Below, piece after piece: positions 35,898 to 45,765 of a stretch of DNA of 64,000 nucleotides. Source of the DNA: Bacteroidota bacterium (GTDB lineage: Bacteria > Bacteroidota > Ignavibacteria > UBA10030 > SZUA-254). Below the pieces are notes generated by a model, which was not told the DNA's origin, ran no database searches, and worked only from the letters and a program-made list of their open reading frames with translations. The stretch's first letter is position 1, and every line of letters starts with the position of its first letter. A program made the position numbers and the translations under genes. The DNA lies in the NCBI GenBank assembly GCA_035635475.1, contig DASQAZ010000036.1:13066-77065 (forward strand), written 5' to 3'.

Positions 35898-38800
35898 TCA
35901 CATTTTGCCGAGGACTTTTCCGCTTCTGCGATCGATGAACGTCATCGCGATGCGCTGCGCGGGGACTGATATTTTCAGCTCGGTTTTCAGTTCCAGATGT
36001 GTCACGAGAATGTCGGTATCCCTGTCGCATTCCGATATCAGCGTATAGAGCACCGTGTCTTCGAAAATTGCCGGAATGACAATGACGCCGGAATTCACGG
36101 GTTCCACGTTGCAGACAGGAGCAATCCCGGCCTGACGTAAGGCGTATCGATAGAGTTCGACGGTCGGTTCGACCGTCTCCGAAAGTTCGACCGGCAGCGG
36201 GCACCAGATCAGCTTTCCGGATCCGTGAGGAATTGTGATGACCGCGGGCTTCTCATCCCGGCGGACGACGGCCTTCTCGACCCGTTGTATCTTCTCACCG
36301 CGATAACTCAACCGATATTCAATCTCGCCGATGCGGAGAAATTCTTCCTCTGCGACCGGTTTGCTGATTGCCTCAACTCCGAGCGACTTACTGCGCTCCA
36401 CCGGGAGCCAATGATCGTCCGCATCGATGATCCCGGTTAAAAGCACGGTCGAGCCGCTTTCAGCGCTTGAGAGCAATGTTTCCCAGCACTTTTGGTTGAT
36501 CGTGCGCGGTGAGGGCATGATCAGGAGTCTCGGCGGGCGGCTCACGGGGCGGTATTCCGATACGGCGGCAAGCGGTGCGGAAAAATGTTCGTTCATAACG
36601 CGCACGCAGCGGCGCGTCGCCTCGGTGGCAAAGTTCCGCGTCGAAAACATCTGGGAGTGGGGGATGACCATGAGCGCATCTTCGTCCTTCCGGCCATGCA
36701 TGAGGTCGCGGTGCGCCGCGATAAAACGAGCCAGACGCATCATGGGTTCCAGTTCGGGCTTTGCAGTCCCATCCGCACGATGGAAACCGATCGCCGCTTC
36801 GTTGTCGGACGGCATATACGGGTTCGTATTCCAGAGCCATTGGATGAACCCCGCACCTCCTGCCCCGAGGGCGAGCGCCATTTTTCGTTCCAGAAGATTT
36901 CGCGCCTCTACTTCCGTCCGCCAGGGGGTGGCATCCATCTTCTCGTAAAGCATCACCCCCGTCTCTTCGACGAGATTCGGTTTGCCAGGGATTGTGGTGA
37001 CAATCTGGTCCCAGAGCAGGTCGTCATTGAGCCACCAATTATGAACACACGTGAAGTCGACGGAATTTCCAAAGAACTGGTTGGCCGGAGAGTCATACGT
37101 GCCGCCCTCATCCTGACCCACCGTAATGAGCTGAGACGCGTGTCCTTGAACGCCGCGGATTGCCCCCTTGATCTCGTTGACCCACCGCATGAACATGTCC
37201 TGCGCGAACAGCCGGTAGTCGATCGTCTTGACGGGACGGCGACTTTCGAAAACATTGACGTCCTCAAAATCCTCTTTCGTGGGCAGGGAGATGGCTTCGC
37301 CGGCGGTCGAGCGATGCGCCTCAAGGATTCTCGCGGTCGTTGCTTCATCGGAAAAATCGGCGTACCGTTTCTTCAGCCACACTTGCCATGCTTCGGTTTC
37401 GTAACGGTCGTAATTCGGCCGGCACTGCCACAGATATTGGGGATTACAGAACGAGGGTTCGTTGATCAGGTCCCAGATGATATCATTCATGTGCCGATAC
37501 CTGTGGGCAAACGCTGTGACGAACTCCTTCTGAGCATTCACCGATTGCGGATCCAGATATGGATTCGTCCCTCCCCACGATTCCGGTAGAAATGCGAAGA
37601 GTGTAAAGATAATCGGAATATCGAACTTGCGTGCAGTCAGCACAAAGGCGTCCATGGCGCGAAGGGCGGCCTCGTTCGGGGTCCCGACATCCGGCATGTA
37701 CTGTTTCCAGCCGGTCCAGATTCCGGTACGGATCATGTTCACCCCCGCGGCTTTCATCTCGGCAAAATCCTTGTTCCAGACATAGGGGTTCGGCTCGAAC
37801 AGAAACTTTCGATGAACGTCCGATGCCATGTACGTTGTTCCGGTGACTGGAAAAGTCTTGTCGTCGCGGAGAAGATAGCCGTTGCCGGCAGTGATCGCCT
37901 TGCCGCGCTTGATCAATGCATCATCATAGATCCAGAATCCCGTCCTGTGCCTGAGTACGTGAAAGGACTTGAGCTGCGCGCCCAGCGCAGCGTTGACCTG
38001 GTACAGGCCCGGCCTGAGCTTCTCCTGCCCCGTCATGTGTGCGTCGCCGGTCGCGAGCGCCCCTGAACCCAGAAGAGGGACATCCACCTGCCACACCGCG
38101 CGGCCTTGTTCATCGAATACCGCGAGCCGGCATCCCGTCCGTACGAGGTCTTCTACTTCCATCTTGGGGCGCCGGAACTGGAGGGTAAACGAAGGTTGCT
38201 CACCCGGGTAATAGGATGCGAATGAGGGGCGCACGATGAACTGCATCGCTCCCTGTGCTCCGCGTTCGACCAAGAGGCGTATGGCCCGGGCGGTGATTGT
38301 TCCCTTGAAGTTCGCCAGAACCCACCGGCCACCCGAGTACGGCCCCTGCAACCTATCGATTTCTATCATTGGTGCTACGATCCGCTGATGCTCTTTTGTT
38401 ACACCGTGGACAAGAGGTGTGAGGACGGCATCCCTCGGGCCGGGGCTTCCATCTTCGTTGGGAAAGTCCTTTACCGATGTAAACCGGACATACAGCTCGT
38501 ACACCTCCATGGCTTTAAACTGATCGACAAGCGGGCGTGTCCATTCGAGTTCCGGGTTCGGCTGATACGCCGAAACCGGCCCTGCGCTCACAGTGAATGA
38601 CTGCGTGATCCCGAGACGCTGATGGTAGGAAGTTTGCGGGGGTCCGACTCTCCAGCCGTCGGCCGCCCTATCGACCGGAACCGAGAACGGGACTCCCCCA
38701 AGATTGACCCAGTTCCCACCATCCGCGAGAAAACCGGAGATCCGATCGAATGCTTGTTCCGGAAATGTTGAGCCGTACGGATTGAGGAACAGATCAAAAT

Positions 38801-39059
38801 TCGAGGTGCTGAGGCGCTTCGTGATTTGATCGACACCCAGAAATTCTGAATCGAAATCATTGATTGCGTCCTGAAGCGTCTGCCGATCGACCGCTATGCC
38901 ATCTGCCGATGGGAATGAGGGTTCATAGAAGAGCGCAATTCGGATTTTTTTCCCTCTCGGTTGAACCTGGGGGTCCGGCAAAACGGGCAAGGAATGTGCA
39001 ACCGTCGCGAGGGCAAGGCCTCCTGCAGTCTTGATAAAGTCTCTCCGTCTGATCTTCAT
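35898..39059 (-). CDS. Tat-exported glycoside hydrolase with a clan GH-A (beta/alpha)8 core; family not resolved
   Basis: Twin-arginine signal MKIRRRDFIKTAGGLALA. Core blocks GVNMIRTGIW, DIPIIFTLF, IIWDLINEPSF (acid/base NEP) and NLVEETGV (candidate nucleophile). 1053 aa, multidomain. Confidence 0.65.
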   Translation of the reverse strand: MKIRRRDFIKTAGGLALATVAHSLPVLPDPQVQPRGKKIRIALFYEPSFPSADGIAVDRQTLQDAINDFDSEFLGVDQITKRLSTSNFDLFLNPYGSTFPEQAFDRISGFLADGGNWVNLGGVPFSVPVDRAADGWRVGPPQTSYHQRLGITQSFTVSAGPVSAYQPNPELEWTRPLVDQFKAMEVYELYVRFTSVKDFPNEDGSPGPRDAVLTPLVHGVTKEHQRIVAPMIEIDRLQGPYSGGRWVLANFKGTITARAIRLLVERGAQGAMQFIVRPSFASYYPGEQPSFTLQFRRPKMEVEDLVRTGCRLAVFDEQGRAVWQVDVPLLGSGALATGDAHMTGQEKLRPGLYQVNAALGAQLKSFHVLRHRTGFWIYDDALIKRGKAITAGNGYLLRDDKTFPVTGTTYMASDVHRKFLFEPNPYVWNKDFAEMKAAGVNMIRTGIWTGWKQYMPDVGTPNEAALRAMDAFVLTARKFDIPIIFTLFAFLPESWGGTNPYLDPQSVNAQKEFVTAFAHRYRHMNDIIWDLINEPSFCNPQYLWQCRPNYDRYETEAWQVWLKKRYADFSDEATTARILEAHRSTAGEAISLPTKEDFEDVNVFESRRPVKTIDYRLFAQDMFMRWVNEIKGAIRGVQGHASQLITVGQDEGGTYDSPANQFFGNSVDFTCVHNWWLNDDLLWDQIVTTIPGKPNLVEETGVMLYEKMDATPWRTEVEARNLLERKMALALGAGGAGFIQWLWNTNPYMPSDNEAAIGFHRADGTAKPELEPMMRLARFIAAHRDLMHGRKDEDALMVIPHSQMFSTRNFATEATRRCVRVMNEHFSAPLAAVSEYRPVSRPPRLLIMPSPRTINQKCWETLLSSAESGSTVLLTGIIDADDHWLPVERSKSLGVEAISKPVAEEEFLRIGEIEYRLSYRGEKIQRVEKAVVRRDEKPAVITIPHGSGKLIWCPLPVELSETVEPTVELYRYALRQAGIAPVCNVEPVNSGVIVIPAIFEDTVLYTLISECDRDTDILVTHLELKTELKISVPAQRIAMTFIDRRSGKVLGKM

Positions 39060-39087
39060 GGCCGGCGCACCACGATTTGGGAAAACC

Positions 39088-42000
39088 TCATTTCTGATCG
39101 ATGCGTACGTACATGCTGCCGTGTCCTGCGATGGTTAGCGGGATCTTCGTTTCCCCCTGAATCTTTCCGAAAATATCGCTTGCATGAACGGCGATCGGAA
39201 TCGCGCGAGGGGATCGCACGGCAACGTTCTGTTTTCGGCCCGACGGATTACTTAGGTAAAGTAGCCACGCGCGTTCACCCTCGATCGGCTTGACGGAGAG
39301 GGCGAGAACCTCCGGAGGATAGACGCTGAAGAGCGAAGCCGAGGGTCGACCGGACCTGTCCGCTTCGGTAACAACGAGAGGCTGCCTCCGCTCGATCTCG
39401 AATCGCAGTGCATCCTCGCCTTTGAATTCCCCATGGGGGAGGATAGAATAGCGGAAACTTACGAGCCCGGGCTGGTCGGCTTTGTAATTCGTATGCCAGT
39501 AGTTGTTCATCACATAGGAATAGACAATGGGGGATGGATTGATCGATCTCAGCCAGGGGAGCTCGGCGGTAATCGAGCCGAGTTCGATCATCGGAGCATC
39601 CGCTGTTACCCAGGTGACCCCGTACTCATCGTTGGAGACGTCAACATAGCCCTGCACGGAGAGAAAATTCTTACACGATCCGGCCAGCTGATCGGCTCCC
39701 GGCCGCACGAGACCGTTGGCGACATCGTAACGGATCCGTCCTTCGGGGAGGTTGAACGGAAACGCGATATGGACGCCCTCCTTCTCGCGGACTCCGCGCT
39801 TGAGGAGCGTATCGATGATGTCAATCCGAGAAATTCCCGAGAAGAGGCGAATTTCAGCTCTGTACCTGTCGCACCCGGGGGCATCAGCTTCGATGAGCAA
39901 GGATCCGAAAAGAGGGCCGTGCTCTTTTATTTTGACACTGACCTTTGTAACGTGCCGCGCGCTGTCGGGATTCGTCCCCGGGACGTAGAGGTATTCATTC
40001 AGCCCCAGGCCCTTCGAACTGTCGACAAGCTGCTTCTTCGTCCATCGTAGATTCTCAATCGAACCGGTGTGTGGATTCACCGTCAGAGACAGGAGACCGT
40101 TACTCAAAGAATTCGCAGACACCTCAACGTTGCCTCTCGATAGTCCTTTTCCCTTTCCGATGAAGTAGCGTTTCAAAGACAATGGCGGGATGCTCTCCGC
40201 GAGAACGGCAAGTTCACCGGTGGAGAGCCGTTGAGAGGGGACCGGGCGCCTTCGTTCATCGAAGACTCGATCTCCGGCAGCGCTTTGCCCGGGCGAGAGA
40301 AGAACGACGTCGGTGCGCCGCCACGAATTTGTATTATAAATGTCGAACGAAGTTTCGATCGGTTTCTTCAACCGTCCTGGAAGAGGCGCTTCTGAAAGCG
40401 GGGAAAGCGCTTTATCGAGAAGCCTTCGTGACAGGGTGTCGGCTTCCAGGGCAAACCGCTGCTTGATCTTCCATTGACCTGTGACCATCGAATCATCCGG
40501 CTCGGAAATGCTGTTGGACGCTCCCCATGTATGCTCGTCATAAAGCACCACACCCCTCCATGCGGAATCATACTCGCGGGCGGGGAATCCTCCCGGCGCG
40601 CTCATTGACCATACCGCTTCTCCCTGGATGAGGCGGTCGACGCTGTGCCGGTTTAACGCCGTCTCAAAAGCGGTGGAGGCGGCGCCATCCTCCCAGTACG
40701 GTGTAAAGTCGCCTTTCAGAGAGGGCAGGGTCGAACCGTATCGGGTTTCAAAGTCCCTGAACATTTGTTCGTGCGTGGCGATGATCAGCTTCGGGGAGAT
40801 GTATCGTTCGTTCCAGTCTTTCACGAAGCGCGAAAGGCTCGCATCGGGAGGACCGTTATCCCCGAGCGTGTAGGGCAGTTGGAAAATCTCGTACGGGTAA
40901 GCGTTTTCGTCAAGCTTCCGGGTGAGCTTCAGGATTTTCTCGTCTCCAAGCTTGCTGAGTTCTCCCTCGTGGAAGCTGGCGTAACTCGCCCCGGCGACCC
41001 ACATCAGAAGTTTCTCATCACCGGATTGCGAAGTCCAGTAAAACGGTTTGTCTCCCCACTGCTCGAGAGCATACCCGATCCGGTCGGACGAATTCGGCGC
41101 GCTGGCAAAATACCGGACGCCGCTCTGTGCGAGAGCCGGCACCATACCCCAGGTGAATCCGGGGACGTCCGATTCGACCGCGGTCGTGATCGGAATCGAA
41201 TATTCCCTTGAGAACCGCCGCGCATAATCGGTAAAATGGCTCATCTCGACTGCATTCGCCAATCCGGTCAGCATATTCGCATATAGCGCGTTGAGCCCGA
41301 GACTGCCTGCGCGAACGGCTTCGATGAATTCCGCCCGGCGTTCCGGCGAAGCCTGCCGCAGGTAACCTTCGACAGGAAAGAGGCCTTCCAGGTTCCACTT
41401 GTAACGCGCGTCCGCCGGATAGTCGCGCGTCTCGCCAATGAGCTTAAGGGCGGCCCCGATATTGTTCCACTGCTTGCGTTCGACAACGGTCTGAAGGTCG
41501 GAGTAACCGATATCGTTGTGTGAGTACGAGAGAAGATAGATCAAACGTTTCGTCACGGGCTGTATGGGGACGTCGGTCCGGTCCACAGAATGGCCGTCCA
41601 CATTGAACTGGACAGGGATTGTTTCTTCTGAATCAACGGCCCCGATCGGAATCATGTAAATATTCGCGCCGACGTTGAGCGGCTTTTTCACGATATGCTC
41701 GCCGGAGGCGATGATCTCGAGGATTCTTCCCGGACGAAGGTTGTCGAGGCTCAGGCGAAGCGTCTGAAAGGCGCGGTTCTGACGACGGATAATGGCGGGT
41801 TCGGCGCGCAGACGGGGAGTAAAGTTGAACCGGTATTCGAATGTCATATACCACTCGGCACTTCCTTCATCCTCGCTTTCAACTTGTAGCCTGAGGGGGG
41901 CACCCGGCCGGAAACCCTTTTTGGGAAGATCGAGGAACATGTATCCGAAGAGATCGTTGAACTTATCGGCCATCTGTGATCGAAACGAAAGATTGGAGCC

Positions 42001-42501
42001 GCCGGTGCCGGCGACGCTCCAGTGTTCCGCGGTCGAATCCTTATAATTCTTGAAAGTGAACCACGGCACGCCGTTTATAAAAAGGCGAAATGTGTGCGCG
42101 ACCGCATTCTCCCCCCAGCCGGCCCGATCCAGGCCGGCGAGCCAGACAAGATGGTACATTGGATCGGTTCCGGGATTCACGAGTGTGTCGGTTTCCCATG
42201 TGATCGAATGAACTTCCCTGTTCGCCCTGACGAGCAACGCTTTGTCAGCATCGGGGTGGGAGGAGTGATAGGACAGTACCTGGCCGTCCACCGACGAACG
42301 GTATCCGTTTGAGTAGAATTCGGCAGAGCCAGCTTCCCGGCCTCGGTCACTTTCTCCCTGCGTGACGTTGATAACGATTCCCGTGTGACGATCCTGAGCT
42401 GCGAGCGAGCCGGCAGCGGGCAGGCAAAGCAGAGAGAAGATCTTCAACCTCGCGTAATGCTTCCGCGGATCAAGCATGGATGCCTCCCGGCACGCGGTCA
42501 A
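39088..42501 (-). CDS. Glycoside hydrolase family 38 (class II alpha-mannosidase), secreted
   Basis: IYLLSYSHNDIGYSD matches the GH38 metal-site block HSHNDxGW. Signal peptide LKIFSLLCLPAAGSLAAQ. 1137 aa. A start at MLDPRK (42477) is possible. Confidence 0.7.
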   Translation of the reverse strand: MTACREASMLDPRKHYARLKIFSLLCLPAAGSLAAQDRHTGIVINVTQGESDRGREAGSAEFYSNGYRSSVDGQVLSYHSSHPDADKALLVRANREVHSITWETDTLVNPGTDPMYHLVWLAGLDRAGWGENAVAHTFRLFINGVPWFTFKNYKDSTAEHWSVAGTGGSNLSFRSQMADKFNDLFGYMFLDLPKKGFRPGAPLRLQVESEDEGSAEWYMTFEYRFNFTPRLRAEPAIIRRQNRAFQTLRLSLDNLRPGRILEIIASGEHIVKKPLNVGANIYMIPIGAVDSEETIPVQFNVDGHSVDRTDVPIQPVTKRLIYLLSYSHNDIGYSDLQTVVERKQWNNIGAALKLIGETRDYPADARYKWNLEGLFPVEGYLRQASPERRAEFIEAVRAGSLGLNALYANMLTGLANAVEMSHFTDYARRFSREYSIPITTAVESDVPGFTWGMVPALAQSGVRYFASAPNSSDRIGYALEQWGDKPFYWTSQSGDEKLLMWVAGASYASFHEGELSKLGDEKILKLTRKLDENAYPYEIFQLPYTLGDNGPPDASLSRFVKDWNERYISPKLIIATHEQMFRDFETRYGSTLPSLKGDFTPYWEDGAASTAFETALNRHSVDRLIQGEAVWSMSAPGGFPAREYDSAWRGVVLYDEHTWGASNSISEPDDSMVTGQWKIKQRFALEADTLSRRLLDKALSPLSEAPLPGRLKKPIETSFDIYNTNSWRRTDVVLLSPGQSAAGDRVFDERRRPVPSQRLSTGELAVLAESIPPLSLKRYFIGKGKGLSRGNVEVSANSLSNGLLSLTVNPHTGSIENLRWTKKQLVDSSKGLGLNEYLYVPGTNPDSARHVTKVSVKIKEHGPLFGSLLIEADAPGCDRYRAEIRLFSGISRIDIIDTLLKRGVREKEGVHIAFPFNLPEGRIRYDVANGLVRPGADQLAGSCKNFLSVQGYVDVSNDEYGVTWVTADAPMIELGSITAELPWLRSINPSPIVYSYVMNNYWHTNYKADQPGLVSFRYSILPHGEFKGEDALRFEIERRQPLVVTEADRSGRPSASLFSVYPPEVLALSVKPIEGERAWLLYLSNPSGRKQNVAVRSPRAIPIAVHASDIFGKIQGETKIPLTIAGHGSMYVRIDQK

Positions 42502-42566
42502 CTTGGAGTGAGTTCAAGCGCTTCATGCCGGCGTTGCAGCAAATAACGAAGGTCCTTGCCCGGTTC

Positions 42567-43457
42567 TCATTTTAGTACTCGGTCGAAGAATTCGTTTTGA
42601 AGCACTTTTGTTTTTCGGTCGGCCTTGACGACGCGCAGGGCCCTTAGCAAGGACTCGATGCTGTGTTCAGTTAGGAGTTCGCCGAGCGCCTTGGTCGCTT
42701 TATCTCCTTCGCCGGCGTAATGGTTGGGGAAATCTGCGTACCACCAGATTCCGGTGTACAGGTCGGGCAACGAGAGCCGGTTCAGGTCAGCCCCGGACTC
42801 CTGCCGGGCCCGATCCAGCTTCACGAGGTCCGGCCTTAAATAGAGAAGTGTGGATGTCTCCGACTCACCCGCATGGTAGTCGCCGTCGGGATCCGATTTT
42901 CGCATCTTGACGACCTTTTTATAAAAGGCGGTGTCGAGCGGAGGGTCGTAGAGGTATACAACGTAGTCTCTTCTCCGCTCAAGCTGGGATTGAACGAAGT
43001 ACCTGAGCAGGTTCGGGTTCCCTCCGTGACCGTTCACTATTAAAATCTTTTTCAAGCCGTTTCGGCCGATCTCCTCGCACGTGGCATCGAGGAGGTCCCA
43101 GACCAAACGGCTCGGCAGGGCGAACGTGCCCGGCTGATGTTTGGCTTCGTAAATCTGGCCGTAAAAATAGTCGGGAAAGACGACTGCATACTCTTTGCCC
43201 GTAACGCGTGCGGCCCACTCGCGCACATGAATCAGGTCGCAGCCGATGGCGGCGTGGGGCCCGTGTTTTTCGAGAATGCCGATGGGAAGGATGCACGTCG
43301 ATTCGGATTTAGCCAGGGCGAGGGGCCAATCGCTCGCGATAAGTTCGTCCCATCGGGAGGGCAGATTCTGCCCGGCGGCCCGACCATTGAGCAACAGAGA
43401 GAGCACGAGAACAATCGTTGCCGGTTTCATGGCAATTCTCCTTGCATAATCTTGCAT
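42567..43457 (-). CDS. Creatininase-family amidohydrolase with a signal peptide
   Basis: ILPIGILEKHGPHAAIGCD, ILIVNGHGGN and YHAGESETS are present. The likely start is ATG 43430, giving MKPATIVLVLSLLLNGRAAGQ. Confidence 0.8.
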   Translation of the reverse strand: MQDYARRIAMKPATIVLVLSLLLNGRAAGQNLPSRWDELIASDWPLALAKSESTCILPIGILEKHGPHAAIGCDLIHVREWAARVTGKEYAVVFPDYFYGQIYEAKHQPGTFALPSRLVWDLLDATCEEIGRNGLKKILIVNGHGGNPNLLRYFVQSQLERRRDYVVYLYDPPLDTAFYKKVVKMRKSDPDGDYHAGESETSTLLYLRPDLVKLDRARQESGADLNRLSLPDLYTGIWWYADFPNHYAGEGDKATKALGELLTEHSIESLLRALRVVKADRKTKVLQNEFFDRVLK

Positions 43458-43462
43458 GAATT

Positions 43463-45709
43463 CTATTTCAGTTGCGGGGCCTTCAATTCAAAATCCGTGG
43501 AGAGGGTGTCGATCGCTACCCGAAAGCCGCCCGGTTCAACAATACGTTTGTAGTTCTTACCGATGAAGGAAAGGTCGGGCGCCGTCAGCCGAAATGTGAC
43601 TGTTCTTCTCTCCGCAGCGCGGAGCTCGAGCTTGCTGAACCCTTTCAATTCTCGGAACGGAGGTGTCACACTTCGATAAAGATCGGTTACGAAGAGCTGC
43701 GCCACCTCTTTGCCGGTGACCGTCCCTTTATTCTTTATCGTCACGGACACCTCGATCGTGTCCTTCATAGAGTACGTACTCTTGCTCAATCGAAGGTCGC
43801 TGTATTCGAAGGTCGTGTAACTCAATCCGGATCCGAACGCGAATTCCGGGTTGTACCGGTTCACGTCGCTCACATCGGCTCCCTTGCCGTCGTACGGAAC
43901 ATGAGCGTTGGGATATTTCGGATAGCTGAACGGAAGCTTGCCGCTGGGATTGACATCGCCGAACAGAACCTTTCCCACGGCAGTCCCTCCTTCCATCCCG
44001 GGGAGATATGCCATAAGAACCGCGCTGCATTTATCCACAATTCGATGGATCGTCCGCGGCCTGCCCTCCGCAAGGACGAGAACGACCGGTTTCCCCCGCC
44101 GCGAAAGCTCTTCGACTAACCGCAACTGGGCCTCCTCCAAATTAAAATCGTCGATATTCCCGACAAATTCGCAGTACGCCTTTTCTCCGAGACACGCAAT
44201 CACAACATCGCAGGTATCCGCAGCCCCGACGGCCGCGGCGATATTCAGCGGCTTGTCAAATGAGGTACCCGGCACATAGACGACATTCTCTTTCCCGTTT
44301 TCTTCCCGAATCGCATCGAGGATCGTTTTCTTTTCATGGGGATAGAGTTCCTCACTGTCTCCCTGCCAGGTGATTGTCCATCCGCCGTTCAGGGCGGAAA
44401 GAAGATTGGCGGTCGGACCGGTCACCAGTACGCGAGTTCCCTTTCTCAACGGCAACACATTGATACTATTCCTCAGCAGTGTGATGGCCTCGGACGCGGC
44501 CTCCAGATTTAGCTCCGCGTCTTGCTTCGATCCGACCTCTGCTGCAGCCGGTTCCGGATAGGGATGCTCGAAGAGTCCCGCCGCAAATTTTACCCGAAGG
44601 ATCCGCCGCACCGCGTCATCGATCCGGGAGAGGGGGACATTCTTTTCCCTGACGAGCGCGAGAAGGAGGTCGTAGAAACTGAAGTCAAGAGGCACCATGC
44701 TCATATCGATGCCCGCCATGACGCCGATGCGTACCGCCTCTTTCGGACTGTCGGCCACCCTGTCGCGCGTATAAAGGTGTTTAATTCCCTCCCAATCGGA
44801 GACGACAAATCCCCGGAACTTCCACTCGCCTTTGAGAACCTCGGTGAGGAGATGGTAATCCGCGTGGCACGGAATTCCATTGGTCTCACCCGCGTTAACC
44901 ATGACCGTCATGGCACCGGCTCTGACGCCTGCCTCGAAGGTGGGAAGGAAGTATTGACGCATCATGCGTTCGTCGATCCACGCGGAAGTCCGATCCTTGC
45001 CGGTGATTGTAAAACTGTATCCGGCGTAATGTTTCAGGCATGCGGCGACCTTATCAGGGGCCCCGATGTCGTCTCCCTGCAGTCCCGAGATGTACGATGT
45101 GCCGATCCTTGTCGCAAGGACTACATCCTCGCCGTACGTTTCCCAGAACCGGGGCCAGAGCGGTTGTCGTCCGAGGTCAAGAACGGGGTGAAAATTCCAC
45201 GGAATTCCCGAAGCACGCACCTCACGCGCGGTTACCTCTCCGATCCGTTTTGCAATATCGGGACTCCAGGTGGCGGCGACGGCGATGCCCTGGGGAAAAA
45301 GGGTTGCACCTCTCGTATAGGACGCGCCGTGGATGGCGTCGATACCGTAGATGACCGGAATGCCGAGTCGCGTCTTCCTGGCAGCGTCCTGGATCTGCGT
45401 AATAATCTCGTGCCAGTGGTCGATGGAGTGGGCGGATGTGGCGACATTGAGGATCGAGCCTACATGGTACTTGAAGATCGCCGTCTCAAGTTTTACGGGG
45501 TCGATCGCATGGGGCTCCGCTTTTCCGCTGTCGCCTTTGGAAACAACGTCGAGCGCGACTTGCGTCATCTGGCCGACTTTCTCCTCAAGAGTCATCTTTT
45601 TAAGGAGGTCGTTCACCCGCTTTTCAATATCCTTCGAGCCCGGGTGGCCGGCCGCCGCAATCGCAAGGAGTGGATCCAATAGGAGCAGGGCCACCAGTAT
45701 GGTCTTCAC
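43463..45709 (-). CDS. Glycoside hydrolase family 3 (BglX-like beta-glucosidase / exo-glycosidase), secreted
   Basis: KMTLEEKVGQMTQV and GFVVSDWEGI (nucleophile Asp) are present. GTG 45709 has AAGGAG 7 nt upstream and yields a signal peptide (VKTILVALLLL). The track ORF extends to 45781 and would overlap the end of gnd. Confidence 0.9.
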   Translation of the reverse strand: MKTILVALLLLDPLLAIAAAGHPGSKDIEKRVNDLLKKMTLEEKVGQMTQVALDVVSKGDSGKAEPHAIDPVKLETAIFKYHVGSILNVATSAHSIDHWHEIITQIQDAARKTRLGIPVIYGIDAIHGASYTRGATLFPQGIAVAATWSPDIAKRIGEVTAREVRASGIPWNFHPVLDLGRQPLWPRFWETYGEDVVLATRIGTSYISGLQGDDIGAPDKVAACLKHYAGYSFTITGKDRTSAWIDERMMRQYFLPTFEAGVRAGAMTVMVNAGETNGIPCHADYHLLTEVLKGEWKFRGFVVSDWEGIKHLYTRDRVADSPKEAVRIGVMAGIDMSMVPLDFSFYDLLLALVREKNVPLSRIDDAVRRILRVKFAAGLFEHPYPEPAAAEVGSKQDAELNLEAASEAITLLRNSINVLPLRKGTRVLVTGPTANLLSALNGGWTITWQGDSEELYPHEKKTILDAIREENGKENVVYVPGTSFDKPLNIAAAVGAADTCDVVIACLGEKAYCEFVGNIDDFNLEEAQLRLVEELSRRGKPVVLVLAEGRPRTIHRIVDKCSAVLMAYLPGMEGGTAVGKVLFGDVNPSGKLPFSYPKYPNAHVPYDGKGADVSDVNRYNPEFAFGSGLSYTTFEYSDLRLSKSTYSMKDTIEVSVTIKNKGTVTGKEVAQLFVTDLYRSVTPPFRELKGFSKLELRAAERRTVTFRLTAPDLSFIGKNYKRIVEPGGFRVAIDTLSTDFELKAPQLK

Positions 45710-45765
45710 GGAATACTCCTTGTTAGGGTAGCGGAGACGGAAGCCCGGTGCGGCCGCGTGGGCGG

